This document shows positions 1 through 12,255 of a stretch of 41,688 nt of DNA, piece after piece (positions within the stretch are counted from its first letter, which is position 1; each line of letters starts with the position of its first letter). The stretch is from Octopus bimaculoides (taxonomy: Eukaryota). A program made the position numbers and the translations under genes. The DNA lies in contig NC_068985.1 of NCBI RefSeq assembly GCF_001194135.2, forward strand, positions 53,190,192 through 53,231,879, in the 5' to 3' direction. Under the pieces are notes generated by a model that was given only the letters and a program-made list of their open reading frames with translations, was not told the DNA's origin and searched no databases.

Positions 1-139
1 TGTATCCATATTTTTATTATTATTTTAATATCAATTATTTTTGTCTATTTATTTACTTCTATCATTACCATTACTATCACCATTACTACCATTATTACCA
101 CTACTAACACTATTATTTTTGTTCTTATTCCTATTTTTA

Positions 140-560
140 TATAGTTTTAGGAAGGTGGAGGAAAATTTATGATTGCAAAAAGGGATTACCTCGATAAACT
201 TATTCAAGGTTTTCGGCCCAAAAGACCTAAGAATGGAAAGGGATTCCCTAATGCATAATAAGCACTTGCTAATATTAGCCCTAAATTGGGGGGGTTCTAG
301 ATAAGATTGACCATTCAAGATAGTACTTCTTATTCCTCCTCTTGAGGTCATGTAGGTAAGAGGCGAGTGTTGTGGAATTATAATATTTCTCATTAGAAAA
401 GGAACTTGTGCGCCCAATACCTGGCTTTGTGCATTAAATACGGTGATATACCCCCGAAATGGCCATAGGTGTTCTGTGTTTGTGTTCCACCTATCCTCGT
501 AATCCACTGTAAATGATGTTTATGGTTTGACTTTACTGATGTTACCTGCGGAATGGTGAA
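140..560 (-). mobile_element. Decayed Penelope-like retroelement, GIY-YIG endonuclease C-terminal half
   Basis: Joining three frames across two frameshifts gives KARYWAHK/SFSNEKYYNSTTLASYLHDLKRRNKKYYLEWSILSRTPP/FRANISKCLLCIRESLSILRSFGPKTLNKFIEVIPFCNHK. This matches the PLE pattern KxRxxxHxxSF..T.L..W.I..CxLCxxE..LNK..E..C.H. A simple-repeat tract follows at about 50-130. Confidence 0.8.
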
Positions 561-1561
561 ACTTGGATTTTACTTTGCCACACTTAGGATGTTCTGTTGC
601 TGTTTTGTCCCGTGCGCTTCGGTATTCCTGTTTATGAAATTGGATTTTACCTACTAAATTTGCTGTCATGAGGGAGGTAGTTGAACTTTCGTACTACTTG
701 TCTTGAATTCTTTTTTCTTTTTCTTTTTTTATTGGCCTCAGCGAACGAACTGTTGCTACGTCTCCCTATCTATTATTCTTTTTCTCTATATTTTTTCTAT
801 ATATATATATATATATTTTTAGTCTACTGTATTTGTACCAGTCTCTAATATTTTTAATCAATTTTTAATTGCTGTTTATTTATTTATTTACATTATTCTA
901 TTGTATTTTTAATCGATTTTTATTCTTATGTATAAAAATTTTGACCTCCCTTTACTAATTTGGTTTTGTGGTCTATGTTGTACTTCTTATATGTGGTCAT
1001 TGGTGGGCTACGGCTTTTCGAGTCGATGACCTAACGGTTTTATTCTGCAATAAACTTTGTACCTATGTCTCAACTAGTTTGAGCACTTCGTTTACAGCCT
1101 TGGATAAATTCCTGGTTTTCTAATACAAAACTGTTAATATTGAATAATTATATATATATATATATATATCTATATATCTTTTGCTAGTTTCTATATTATT
1201 GTTGTTTTCCTTGTAGAGTAAAATCTTTGACAAGGTTTCAATTTCTGATCAAAACAGACTCAATTCACACAGATTGCCATTTTAGATAAAGACCAAATAT
1301 TCTGCACCAATCCTTTTATCCTTCACAACAAAATTCTGAAACTTACATTGCTCACAATTAATCTTCCCCCTTTGTTCCTACCAGTCAACACAAAACAAAA
1401 AAAATCAATAAATATTAAAAACAAGCTTCAAACTCCATAATCAACTGAACGTATAACTCTTCCCAATGGGAGAGCTTTTTTGTTAGTAGTTCCAGTCTGT
1501 TAAGAATGTGTCTTTTAACATAACAAAAACTTTTGAAATAGTTCTAGTTTGAATTACTTAC

Positions 1562-1668
1562 ATGAAGTGGAATTCGGTAATGAGACAGGTACCTAGAGAT
1601 ATAGTGTTGACAGGAAACAGTTAAAATCACTGCACCAGGCTTACCAAACATTCCCACAACTTGGTAAC
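1562..1668 (-). CDS. NUP210: gp210 exon r (107 nt): GYQVVGMFGKPGAVILTVSCQHYISRYLSHYRIPLH
   Basis: Acceptor cttattcttcag, donor gtaagt, phase 1 to 0. Colinear with human [23 protein letters not shown]. Confidence 0.85.
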
Positions 1669-2070
1669 CTGAAGAATAAGAAAATAAAAATAACATTTCC
1701 AATCACTCACAGACACACCATCACCATCATCATTATCACAATATTTACAAGTATGGGACAATATGAGATTTGAGTGAGATGTACATGAGCATATGTGCTT
1801 CATATAAGAGCTTGATATAAATGCTGGTTGGCTGATTTTTCCAGTTACACTTTACATGGTATAGAGAGAGAGGGAGGGGAAGAGAAAGTAAAAGATAAAA
1901 CAAGCGCCTAGTATGTGCAGGATGGGTGCACATACCAGGCTTGATGGCAGGTAATGAGTAAAAAAACACTACAAATATAAGCACAGCTGGTTTCTAACAA
2001 TTCCATACAAATTTCTGAAATCTTCAATGTTAGTTATTTTTACAGAATAAACAGGTGTGGCAGTAGTTGC

Positions 2071-2445
2071 AGGCATGGCTGTGTGGTTAAGACGTTTGCT
2101 TCCCAACCATGAAGACTTGGGTTCAGCCCTAATGCACTGCACCTGATGCTAAAGTCTTCTGCTATAACCTCTGGCCAACCAAGGCTTTGTGAGCTTAAAG
2201 AAGCACAATGCTAATGTTTGTATCTCCTTACTCTGACATTACATGATATTGTATATGAAGGTCACCATCACACAAGCAAAGTTGTTTGTTTCCAGTCTTG
2301 TGGCTACGGGGAAATATTACCTTGTTCAGAAACAGGTGAGAGCTGGTGACAGGCAGGGTGTCTAGCCATAGAAATATCTGCAGCAACAAAATTCCATCTG
2401 ACCCATGCAAGTGTGGAAAAGTGTACCTTAAATGATGATGATGAC
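2071..2445 (+). mobile_element. tRNA-derived SINE, family H (B-type head, (GAT)n tail)
   Basis: A box TGGCTGTGTGG, B box GGGTTCAGCCC, tail catgcaagtgtggaaaagtg...aaatgatgatgatg. Further copies at about 5357-5772(-), 25972-26352(-), 36378-36840(+), 37985-38330(-), 39825-40445(-). Confidence 0.75.
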
Positions 2446-2918
2446 TTCACTTTTATTTGAAATTATTTATCATCATCATCATCATTTAATATTGTATTCA
2501 TGAGCAAAACACTTTGTTTCATGAGCCAGTCTACTCAAATATAAATTAGCTCCAGCAATAGCCAAGAAGTCAAACCCTAGGATTCATAAGGTCAGAGCTT
2601 AATCTGGTTCCAGTGGTGTATAAGTGACTGAAATTACAATACTTGCTGCTGACCATCCCACTAACTTTCGGCAGACCTCCATAAAGGCATTCATTTGTCA
2701 TATGTTGCTGCCATTTAGGGCCATTTGTAGCATTTTGTGTTGCATCCATTTAGCCTGTTTGATAATTCCCTTGTCAGTATCCATGTTTCACTGCCATATA
2801 ATAGTACTGATTCAATAGATGCAATGAACAGCTTAATAATCATAGCAAGAATAATTGGGATGCCACATGCTCCAGTGGCAACTTTGTGTGGTCAGTTAAT
2901 GACTGACCAGAAATCCAT

Positions 2919-3713
2919 ATAACCTTTTTTTATACCACCTGAGACTACTCATGATACAAACTTCCTGTTATAAAGTGATCTAAATTAAATTCTAGCAAAA
3001 TTTCATATTAATTTGTTTCAAAGTATTTAAGGAGTGGAATGTACAATTTCCTGCATGTCAGACTGCATCATGGCCCCAGCAGACAAAATGGGAAAAGGCT
3101 GTCCCGAAGGATAGCGAGGGAGATGCACAGGTACAACCACTCGGACCCACAGTGCTCACACCTGTAGACAGCCAACTCTGTCCTGATAGCAGTGAGAAGG
3201 AAAATGGTCTGGGGGCCAAGAACACCAAAGGTCTATATCAACCACCGATACTGGCTCGACTATAAACCTGTCAGAGAGTGACTGATACTTTGACAGTTTG
3301 CTATTCTCAGTTGTTCATCAACCCTGGGTTGGTAGCTGACCACAGCAAGTTGCTGCTGAAGAAGGTTTCACAGCATGTGGCATCCCAGATGAAGGGCCTT
3401 CTGCCATAGAATGAGAAAATTGTCATAATGTCAGGCCTTTTACCATCTCCTCAGTCTAGCCCTACTGGCTCAAGTTGGGAACAGAAGACTACAACATGCT
3501 CCACTCCTTAAATACTTCATAAGATATAAAGCAAAATTTCTCCAGCAGTTAGTGTATAAATGGTCCTAGAGCAGAAAAATGACTGTCTGCATATTTGTTT
3601 CAAATACTAGATTAAATAATCAGTTTTTTTTTACTAAACTTTTCATTATATTCAAAAATAAATTGAAACTAAAGTCATGGAGTTCAACAGAAATATTGTA
3701 ACAAAAGGGTTAA
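2919..3713. mobile_element. piggyBac-like MITE (family G), split by an internal insertion of about 580 bp
   Basis: Left end (a)taacctttttttatacc, right end gtaacaaaagggTTAA. The two halves (2919-3020, 3605-3713) align to the reverse complement of the copy at 24956-25178. Confidence 0.6.
3045..3520 (-). mobile_element. Decayed CRE-clade non-LTR retrotransposon, restriction-like endonuclease domain
   Basis: Minus strand reads EPVGLD*GDGKRPDIMTIFSFYGRRPFIWDATCCETF, the CRE hallmark EPxGLxRxDGKRPDG...WDxT. Downstream G-V-L-G-P-type and SLAI-type segments are recognisable across frameshifts. Confidence 0.85.
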
Positions 3714-3814
3714 TCAAGAGACCAAGGGACTAAACAATAACTAGCTAAGGCTAGAAGAGAACACCCTCCCTATTTAAGGCGAAGCAGAAAGAGGTGAAAG
3801 AAATGTGAACTTAC

Positions 3815-4010
3815 CAACAGCTGAAACCTTAGAAGTTCTATCAGAAATGTCTGTCTCTATTCTCATTGGCTCAGCTAAGTTGAGGGAGGCCAATGATGTG
3901 TCGGACAACTTCCAGTCAAACTTGAGGGATGAAAAGTTGTCAAATTTATGTCCTTGATTATCAGTGACAGTCAACAGGACTGTCAAGTCTTGCTTGCAGT
4001 GAACTGGAAT
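3815..4010 (-). CDS. NUP210: gp210 exon q (196 nt): [65 protein letters not shown]
   Basis: Acceptor ttcattatag, donor gtaagt, phase 0 to 1. FDNFSSL is identical to human. Confidence 0.95.
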
Positions 4011-4659
4011 CTATAATGAAATAAACATCCACATATATAAATAAACATATAATCTCACAAGTACAAGCAGGCCTACACAGGTAAGCATACAAATGCGAGT
4101 GCGCACAAGCACACACATACAAATACATGTGTGGCACATAAATGTGCATATGCATGCACCAATACACAGCTCACACTTATATGCACACTCTCAAATACAT
4201 TCTCATCATCATCATTTTCATTTCTACATAAAACTGAACCAAAGAATTATAGATAAAAAATGATACTATAATGGACAGTAAAACTGAACATTTAGTAAAT
4301 TATGTACATGATAATAATGATGATTTCAAATTTAAATTTATTAAAAGTTTAATAATGCTAACATTAGTAGCATTAATAACTACCAGTATCTGTAATCACA
4401 ACCATTAAATGATTCATATACACATCACTTTGCAAAAACAATTTTGAACTTACAAATTTCTTTTCTATAACACACGCTATGTCATTTCTAAACTCATTGA
4501 AACACAGTGTTACATTCTGGTAATTGTAACTATGGTTTCATATATTCATAGCTGCCCAAACTGACTAAAGCCTATTTCAACCAACTTGTAAACAGAGACA
4601 ATAAAGAGTTGTGGGAGGAGGTATTTCATTAGGTTAAATTGAACTCAAACCCACTGCCA

Positions 4660-4806
4660 TAGGCAGGCGTTAGAAAGGGCATCCAGCTGTAGAAACTCTG
4701 CCAGATCAGATTGGAGCCTGATGCAGCCATCTGGCTCACCAGTCCCCAGTCAAACCGTCCAACTCATGCCAGCATGGAAAGTGGACGTTAAACGATGATG
4801 ATGATC
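4660..4806 (+). mobile_element. Family C retroposon 3' end ((GAT)n tail; probable LINE 3' UTR or LINE-tailed SINE)
   Basis: ggcgttagaaagggcatccagctgtagaaactctgcc...catgccagcatggaaagtggacgttaaacgatgatg. Many variably 5'-truncated copies: about 5773-5960(-), 8140-8302(+), 10447-10720(-), 19050-19300(+), 19790-20015(+), 20471-20638(+), 20644-21050(-), 26672-26880(-), 29083-29345(-), 33566-33760(-), 37340-37490(-), 38780-39165(+), 40585-40755(+). Confidence 0.8.
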
Positions 4807-4991
4807 TTACAATGAGGTATTTACTAAGCACTTGATATTATGGAAACTGAAATATTTATAATTGCTTAAGCGTCAGCTGCTATTACTGGAGTCAACCCAT
4901 GAAAGGGGAAGATCAAGGACAATGTAGAAATAAGTAATGAGATTAAATGACAAAATAAGAAAATTAAGATGATTGCTGATATATTTCACAG

Positions 4992-5206
4992 NNNNNNNNN
5001 NNNNNNNNNNNNNNNNNNNNNNNNNNNNNNNNNNNNNNNNNNNNNNNNNNNNNNNNNNNNNNNNNNNNNNNNNNNNNNNNNNNNNNNNNNNNNNNNNNNN
5101 NNNNNNNNNNNNNNNNNNNNNNNNNNNNNNNNNNNNNNNNNNNNNNNNNNNNNNNNNNNNNNNNNNNNNNNNNNNNNNNNNNNNNNNNNNNNNNNNNNNN
5201 NNNNNN
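4992..5206. other. Assembly gap (215 N) next to (TA)n
   Basis: Run of N, intronic between exons p and q. Confidence 1.
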
Positions 5207-6194
5207 TATATATATATATACATATATATATATAGTCAGTAGAAATCCATTTCCTGTTTACAATGTGCAACACTTGGAAACTGGGATTTATCTTAATCTT
5301 TGTTGCCACTCTGTATTGTGACATCACTTCCCAGAAAGACTGGTGGCTGTAGTTAATCATCCTTATCATCATCACTGTTGTTTTAATGCCCACTTCTTTG
5401 TGCTTCCAAGGTCAAGACAGAATTTTGTTGAGGCAAATTTTCTACAGCCAGATGCCCTTCCTGTCACCGATTTCCAAGTAAGGTAATATTTCCTCATGGC
5501 CAGATATGTTTCTATAGAAGATTGGAAACAAAGGACACTACTTGCATGACGGTAAAACACATATGTAACTATGACATGATGCCAAAGTAAGAAGACAGTA
5601 ACAACACATACACACACTTTCATATGATGGGCGTCTTTCAGTTTCCATCTACTAAATCCATTTACAAGGCTTTGGTCAGCCCAGGGCTATAGCAAAAGAC
5701 ACTTGCACAAGGTGATGGGCAGTGAAACTGAACATGAAACCATGTGGTTGGGAAGTAAACCTATGCCCATAATCATCATCATGTAGCATCTGCTTTCCAT
5801 GCTGCCATGGATTAGATGGTTTGACTGAAACTGGTAAACTGGAGAGCTGCACCAGTTCCAATCTGATTTGGCATGGTTTCTATGGCTGGATGCCCTTCCT
5901 AATGCCAACCACTCATGGTGTTTTTTACATGCCACTGGCACAGGTGCCTGTTACGTGACACTGGCATCAGCCACATCTATGATTTCACTTAGCTTGACGA
6001 GTCTTCTCAATCACTGCATATCGCCAAAGGTCTCAGTCACTTATCACCTCCATGAGACCAAACATTCAAAGAGCTTGCTTCACCACCTTATCCCATGTCT
6101 TGCAGGGTCTACCTCTTCCACATGTTCCCTCTAAAGTTAGAGATCAGTGCTTTTTTACAGATGATATGTAATATTGTAAAAGGAAATAACTTAC

Positions 6195-6303
6195 AACTTG
6201 ATTAGAATCCAAGAAAACAGGACATGGTGGCAGATCTGACTGTCTAGAAATAGTTGAGACTTGTGGTTGTAGATGAAGACTAACAGGTTCAGCACAGATA
6301 AAT
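6195..6303 (-). CDS. NUP210: gp210 exon p (109 nt): FICAEPVSLHLQPQVSTISRQSDLPPCPVFLDSNQV
   Basis: Acceptor catatttcag, donor gtaagt, phase 2 to 0. Matches human FVCAPPSRLTLAP...SCPLLQQNKQV. Confidence 0.92.
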
Positions 6304-6808
6304 CTGAAATATGAAATTACGGTGGTTTTGAACATTATTAATATTTACTAAAATGTACACAAATAATTACTGAAACATATTGGAGCTGTAATTCCAGCTT
6401 CCACTTCTTGTAGAAATCTGAAAGATTTTTTTGTCATGATGTCTGAAATAACTAGAAATCCAACTGAAACAGGTTTCAACATAAAAACATAGAAAAGTTC
6501 ATTAACCCCCAACCCTACTCACAACCTGCACCTTCTCCTCCAGCTGATATTCACAACTGCCCAGACTTCCACCTGTACCACTAACTGCATTTCTTTGTAG
6601 TTCCATTTATATTGTAGCAAACTCATAAGAGGGGGAGAGAGAACGTAGGTTCATTTGCCCGAACAGGAGAAATTATTGATTTCCCATTGGTTAAAAATTA
6701 CTGCCCATATATGAATTCTGAACTTTCGTGAAGAAGTCTTTCACAAAGTACGGTTCTAGAATTTGTGTATGAGCAGTTATAAAGACCTTGATTTTAGAGA
6801 AACTCTCC

Positions 6809-6896
6809 AGTGATCATTGGACTGTCACTCAAATCCACAACACTCACTCTCAAGTGATCGTTGGGTTGTCAATCAAATCTACGACACTCACCCTTT
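6809..6896. repeat. Two-copy 44-bp tandem duplication
   Basis: agtgatcattggactgtcactcaaatccacaacactcactctca followed by agtgatcgttgggttgtcaatcaaatctacgacactcacccttt. Confidence 0.85.
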
Positions 6897-8521
6897 TGAG
6901 TATCAGCTAATATTTATGCCATGTTCAATACTCAAATCGAACAATATTGAATTGTTGTGAACTCTAGTAGTTAGAATGAAAGATTAGTTAGTGTAAATTT
7001 TAAGTCATAATTCTCTACGACAAAATGACTTTACTTTCTAACTGTTCTATAAATGCTAAATGTACCTAATAAACTAATGCAGAAATTTATTTCCTTTTAT
7101 TTCACATTCTTTCAACTTGTTAAATTTATTTCTGTATTTATGAAACTGTATTTTTTTAATGTAATGGTCAAAAGAATATGAATCCGTATCTTCAACATAC
7201 ATGCATGTATTGAACGCACGTTCAGCGTCTTGGTATGCATAATTCATCATAACATTTACGCAGCCTGAATTAAGAGTTATGCATAGTGATAAATACTTAT
7301 AATTAAGTTATGAGTGACGAGATTATCATCATAGCTTTTTAATTAAGAAGTAATATTTGTTAAACCTTACAATCGAAAACATTATAAACAAGATATAGTA
7401 TTCACTCCCCGACTGTCAGCACAATATCTATCTGTCATTCTCCTTTCACATTCTTGCAGTCTTACATACCAACTCGTACCAATTCTCTTATTTTCATCTT
7501 TCTGTAACTTGAAGATACACTCTGACACATCTTCACCAACAATTTCTCTCTTTTCCAACTGGGGTAACCATGGATCTCATCTACTGTAAGACAAGTGTTC
7601 CTGCCCTTCTATCATACTTTAACTTCCTCATCACCTAGCATAATGATACCTCCCTCAAAACTATTCACCACCCTTTGGCTGAGAGTCTTGTTTTGTGAGT
7701 TCAGACCTCATTAGCACTGATGCCACATAAAATAGCACCCAGTACACTTTGTAAAGTAGTTGACTTTTTTGTTGCTTTCACAAATTCCTATGACTCTGTC
7801 ACCATCCAATTCCATTTTTATGAATTTCAATTAGGAGCTTGAGTTACCATCTTTCTTTAGCTGATTACATAACCATGGATGCCGCCCTTATGGATGCATG
7901 GCAGTTACTTTCTTGATAGAGCTCGGAGATCCTGTCAGTTGATCCAGGATTCCTCTGCTCAACATTAATGTAAGAAGAACAGATGGCTGAGTTGAGTTCT
8001 GCTACCTCTTCACAATCCATCATGCTGCAGTCCCATCACTTCCCACATCCCTAATAGAGTGACTGAACAGATCCTATACCTTGCCACAGGCAGCCCATAA
8101 TTATGCAGGGCATGGTTGTCACTCTGTGAGATACTTTCAGAATACCAACAAACCTTAGGAGGGTATACATTATGGAGGGTATATAGCCAAAGAAACCATG
8201 CCATTGAAAACACTGGAGTTTGGTGCAGTCTTCTGGCTCACCAGCTCCTGTCAAACTGCCCAACCCATACCAGCATGGAAAACATGCTAAATGACAATGA
8301 TGTCACTGGTACTCATTTTCAGTTGAGCAGTCTGAAGTAATGTAAAATGAAGTGCCTTGTTCAAGGATTCAATGTGCCACTCAATGAGAACTGAACCCAC
8401 CACAACATGATCCATAAAGCCAACACTCTAGCCATTGGGCCACACATGCCTTTGCTTGAAAAGGGTCAAGTAAAAAAGAAATATTAAAAAAAAAATGGAA
8501 AAAGCAAAAGGTGTTACTTAC

Positions 8522-8595
8522 TTGACAAAGGTTTCCACAACAACAGGCAAGAGATTAGTGTGAGTGGGTTTGTTGCCAACTTTCAGTTTTAAAGT
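8522..8595 (-). CDS. NUP210: gp210 exon o (74 nt): TLKLKVGNKPTHTNLLPVVVETFVK
   Basis: Acceptor ctattcag, donor gtaagt, phase 0 to 2. VGNKPTHTN matches human VGNKPSLTN. Confidence 0.93.
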
Positions 8596-8738
8596 CTGAA
8601 TAGATAGAAGTAAAACAATTATTAACCAATCATGATGAGAGTTAGTGAATGAGTATGAGTGTGTATGTATGTATGTGTGTGTGTGTGTGTATGTATATAT
8701 ATATAAATATATAAATATATATATATATATAAATATAT

Positions 8739-9542
8739 NNNNNNNNNNNNNNNNNNNNNNNNNNNNNNNNNNNNNNNNNNNNNNNNNNNNNNNNNNNNNN
8801 NNNNNNNNNNNNNNNNNNNNNNNNNNNNNNNNNNNNNNNNNNNNNNNNNNNNNNNNNNNNNNNNNNNNNNNNNNNNNNNNNNNNNNNNNNNNNNNNNNNN
8901 NNNNNNNNNNNNNNNNNNNNNNNNNNNNNNNNNNNNNNNNNNNNNNNNNNNNNNNNNNNNNNNNNNNNNNNNNNNNNNNNNNNNNNNNNNNNNNNNNNNN
9001 NNNNNNNNNNNNNNNNNNNNNNNNNNNNNNNNNNNNNNNNNNNNNNNNNNNNNNNNNNNNNNNNNNNNNNNNNNNNNNNNNNNNNNNNNNNNNNNNNNNN
9101 NNNNNNNNNNNNNNNNNNNNNNNNNNNNNNNNNNNNNNNNNNNNNNNNNNNNNNNNNNNNNNNNNNNNNNNNNNNNNNNNNNNNNNNNNNNNNNNNNNNN
9201 NNNNNNNNNNNNNNNNNNNNNNNNNNNNNNNNNNNNNNNNNNNNNNNNNNNNNNNNNNNNNNNNNNNNNNNNNNNNNNNNNNNNNNNNNNNNNNNNNNNN
9301 NNNNNNNNNNNNNNNNNNNNNNNNNNNNNNNNNNNNNNNNNNNNNNNNNNNNNNNNNNNNNNNNNNNNNNNNNNNNNNNNNNNNNNNNNNNNNNNNNNNN
9401 NNNNNNNNNNNNNNNNNNNNNNNNNNNNNNNNNNNNNNNNNNNNNNNNNNNNNNNNNNNNNNNNNNNNNNNNNNNNNNNNNNNNNNNNNNNNNNNNNNNN
9501 NNNNNNNNNNNNNNNNNNNNNNNNNNNNNNNNNNNNNNNNNN
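8739..9542. other. Assembly gap (804 N) after a (GT)n/(AT)n microsatellite
   Basis: Run of N, intronic between exons n and o, which join in frame. Confidence 1.
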
Positions 9543-9576
9543 AGAATGGTAGAAAGGACAAGAAGTGGAAACTTAC

Positions 9577-9623
9577 CTGCTCCCCGAGTCCTACACACAC
9601 AACTTGAAAAGCATGAAGACCTC
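9577..9623 (-). CDS. NUP210: gp210 exon n (47 nt): RGLHAFQVVCVGLGEQ
   Basis: Polypyrimidine tract then ttaaag, donor gtaagt, phase 1 to 0. VVCVGLGEQ matches human VTCQALGEQ. Confidence 0.87.
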
Positions 9624-10072
9624 CTTTAAGGAAGATACAGAAAAAAGGAAGAAATATTTCAACGGTGGAAATAAATAATCATATAACAATTAAATAGCAA
9701 ACATCATTCATTTGCATATCAATATCATCATACAATAATACATTCATGTATCAAGACATAAACACGTATCAATACATTCATATATTGGTATCAAATTTTG
9801 GTACAAAACAAACAAGTCCAGGGGGGGGGGGGCTAAGTCAGTTACATTGACCTCAGTGCTAAACTGGTACTTAATATGCCCCAAAAGGATAAAAGAAAAA
9901 GTCGATCTCAGCAGAATCTGAACTCAGAACACAAAGACAGATGAAATGCAGCTAAGTATTTTGTCCGGTGTGCTAATGATTCTACCAGCTCAGTGCCTTA
10001 ATATATTCACGTACTGAACCATCGCATATCAATATATTCATGTATCAATACATAATCATGCATCAATACATC

Positions 10073-10112
<40 letters not shown>

Positions 10113-12001
10113 TATATATCAAATCACCAATATATTGTTACATTTTCACACACATTAATCATGTGCATGTCAATACATTTGTGTTTTGATAGATCACCAC
10201 AATCAATATATTAATGTAGTAATAATGCTTTCTACTAAAGGCACAAGGCCTGAAATTTGTGTGGTAGGGGTTAGTCAATAATATAGCCCCTGTACATAAC
10301 TGGTACTTGTTTGATCGATCCTGAAAGGATGAAAGGCAGTCAAACTCAGTGGCATTTCAACTCAGAACATAAAGACAGACAAAATGCTAAGCATTTTGCC
10401 CAGCATGCTAACAATTCTACCAGAATATTTCACCACAATCAATATATTCATCATCATCATTTACTGGGTTTTCCATGCTGGCATGGGTTGGACAGTTCAA
10501 CTGAGCCAGAGGACTGCACCAAACTCCAATGTCCATTTTAGCTGCTTTCAACAGTTGGATACCCTTCCTAATGCCTACCACTTTACTGAATGTACAAGGT
10601 ACATTTTATGTGACTTGCAAGACAAAACCTCCTCAATTAAGCAGGGAGTAGTAACGAGGGAGGTGGCTTTATGTCAGGCGATAAGAGGTTAAAATATGAT
10701 AGAGGGGCAGGAACAGGATATAGGCAATATATTCATGCATAAAAATATAGGAATAAGTTTCATTGTCCAGAAAGTAATCATCATCATCATCGTTTAACGT
10801 CCGCATTAAATAACTACAACTTATAGATAATAAATAACATTAGAAAATGCTTTGCAGTCATCATTCCAGTTCTCTGTTCTCCAGGTTCAAATCCTTCCAA
10901 GGCCAACATTGTCTTTTGTTATCATTTATTGTCTGCTTTCCATAGGCTGCACAGTTTGACAAGAGCTAACAAGCCAGAGGTTTATGCCAAGCTGAGGTTG
11001 ATAAATAAGCACTAGTCCATAGTGATAAATATTGGTGGAACTGTTAGAGCACTGGACAAGATGCCTTGCAGTGTCAGTTCCAACTCTTTGTGTTCTGAGT
11101 TCAAATTTTGCGTAAGTCCCAATGGCCAAAGGTAATCACCTGACCATGACACCACTCTGGTTAAACTAGCAATTAACCAGCATACACAATTAGACCAACA
11201 ACCAACAAAGATAAGGCAGCAATGATATATTGTGTAACTTTACCCAACAATGAAACGAAAATATGGATGAATGTAATAATACTGCTACTAGTAACTAAAA
11301 TGTCATACAGGGAACAGTTGATTAAATGGATCCCAGTAACTGACTGGTATATATTTTATTAACTCTTGGAAGGATAAAAAGCAAAAATCAACAGTTACAA
11401 TTAGAACTCAGAATGTAACTAAATACCACAAAGTACTTTGTCCAGCACTCTACCAATTCTGCCAATCACTGCTTTTAACTAATGATTTCTAACAAAGATA
11501 CATGGCCACAAATCTCAGAAGGCAAAGTCATACTTGACAGGAAATGAAATGAGTATGTAAAAAAAGACAAATAAATACATCAAAGTATTTAGTCTGGTAT
11601 TCTACTGATTCTGCCATCTCTAAATATTTGAAACATTATTCAGTTTGGAGCAACAGTAAGTAATATAATATCATGCGTAGTTATATCAATTATACATTCT
11701 TTTCACACACTCAGAAATTTAAGCCACCCATTCACTGAATCATTTATTCTGGATCTTCACTGTCTAGAAATGATGACAAGGTAGTTTTTCAGATCCAATA
11801 ATCATAAGGAAGAGATCCAAGCCCTTAAGTGGTTATGTGAACTGATCCTTGAATGACAGGCACTGGCACACTAAGGACAAATATGTAGGCTTTGGGTCAG
11901 ATGGGGGTTATAACAATGACTCTTTCCTTCTTCAGTGTTTTTCATCTGCCACAATTGCTCAGGCCTTTTCAAATTTGCTTGCAAAAGTCTGGATGCACTC
12001 T

Positions 12002-12255
12002 TTTTTTTTTTTTATTTTTTTATTTTTTTTTTTTTTTATTGCCCACAAGGGGCTAAACATAGAGGGGACAAACAGGACAGACAAACAGATTAAGTCGATT
12101 AGATTTACCCCAGTATGTAACTGGTACTTAATTTATCGACCCCGAAAGGATGAAAGGCAAAGTCGACCTCGGCGGAATCTGAACTCAGAACGTAACGGCA
12201 GACGAACTGCCGCTAAGAATTTCGCCCGGCGTGCTAACGATTCTGCCAGCTCGCC
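12002..12255 (-). mobile_element. Young full-length family A SINE (tRNA head, MESC/Meta-like core) with 15-bp TSD and A-rich tail
   Basis: TSD gtctggatgcactct at 11987-12001 and 12256-12270. A box TGGCAGAATCG, B box GAGTTCAGATTCC. Core gtcgactttgcctttcatcctttcggggtcgataaattaagtaccag. Other copies at about 9785-9995(-), 10225-10425(-), 11320-11480(-), 16690-16865(-), 22590-22770(+), 23510-23680(+), 24122-24345(+), 36487-36601(+). Confidence 0.92.

Noticed and set aside
1005-1050. Possible hammerhead ribozyme in the putative Penelope pLTR (gtcgatgacctaacgg / gactcgaaa)
   Set aside because: The CUGANGA and GAAA core motifs are not both present in the correct order on either strand.
1586-1595. 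Alternative donor tctag|gtacct inside exon r
   Set aside because: It gives phase 2 and a weaker site. The frame stays open to a consensus gtaagt donor at 1561 that better fits the expected length.
8518-9607. Long ORFs of 318-360 aa, and similar ORFs at 4873-5393, 23133-23393 and 32644-32994
   Set aside because: They are open only because they cross N gaps and (AT)n/(GT)n repeats. Only the real gp210 exons n and o and the Tc1 HTH piece are coding-derived.
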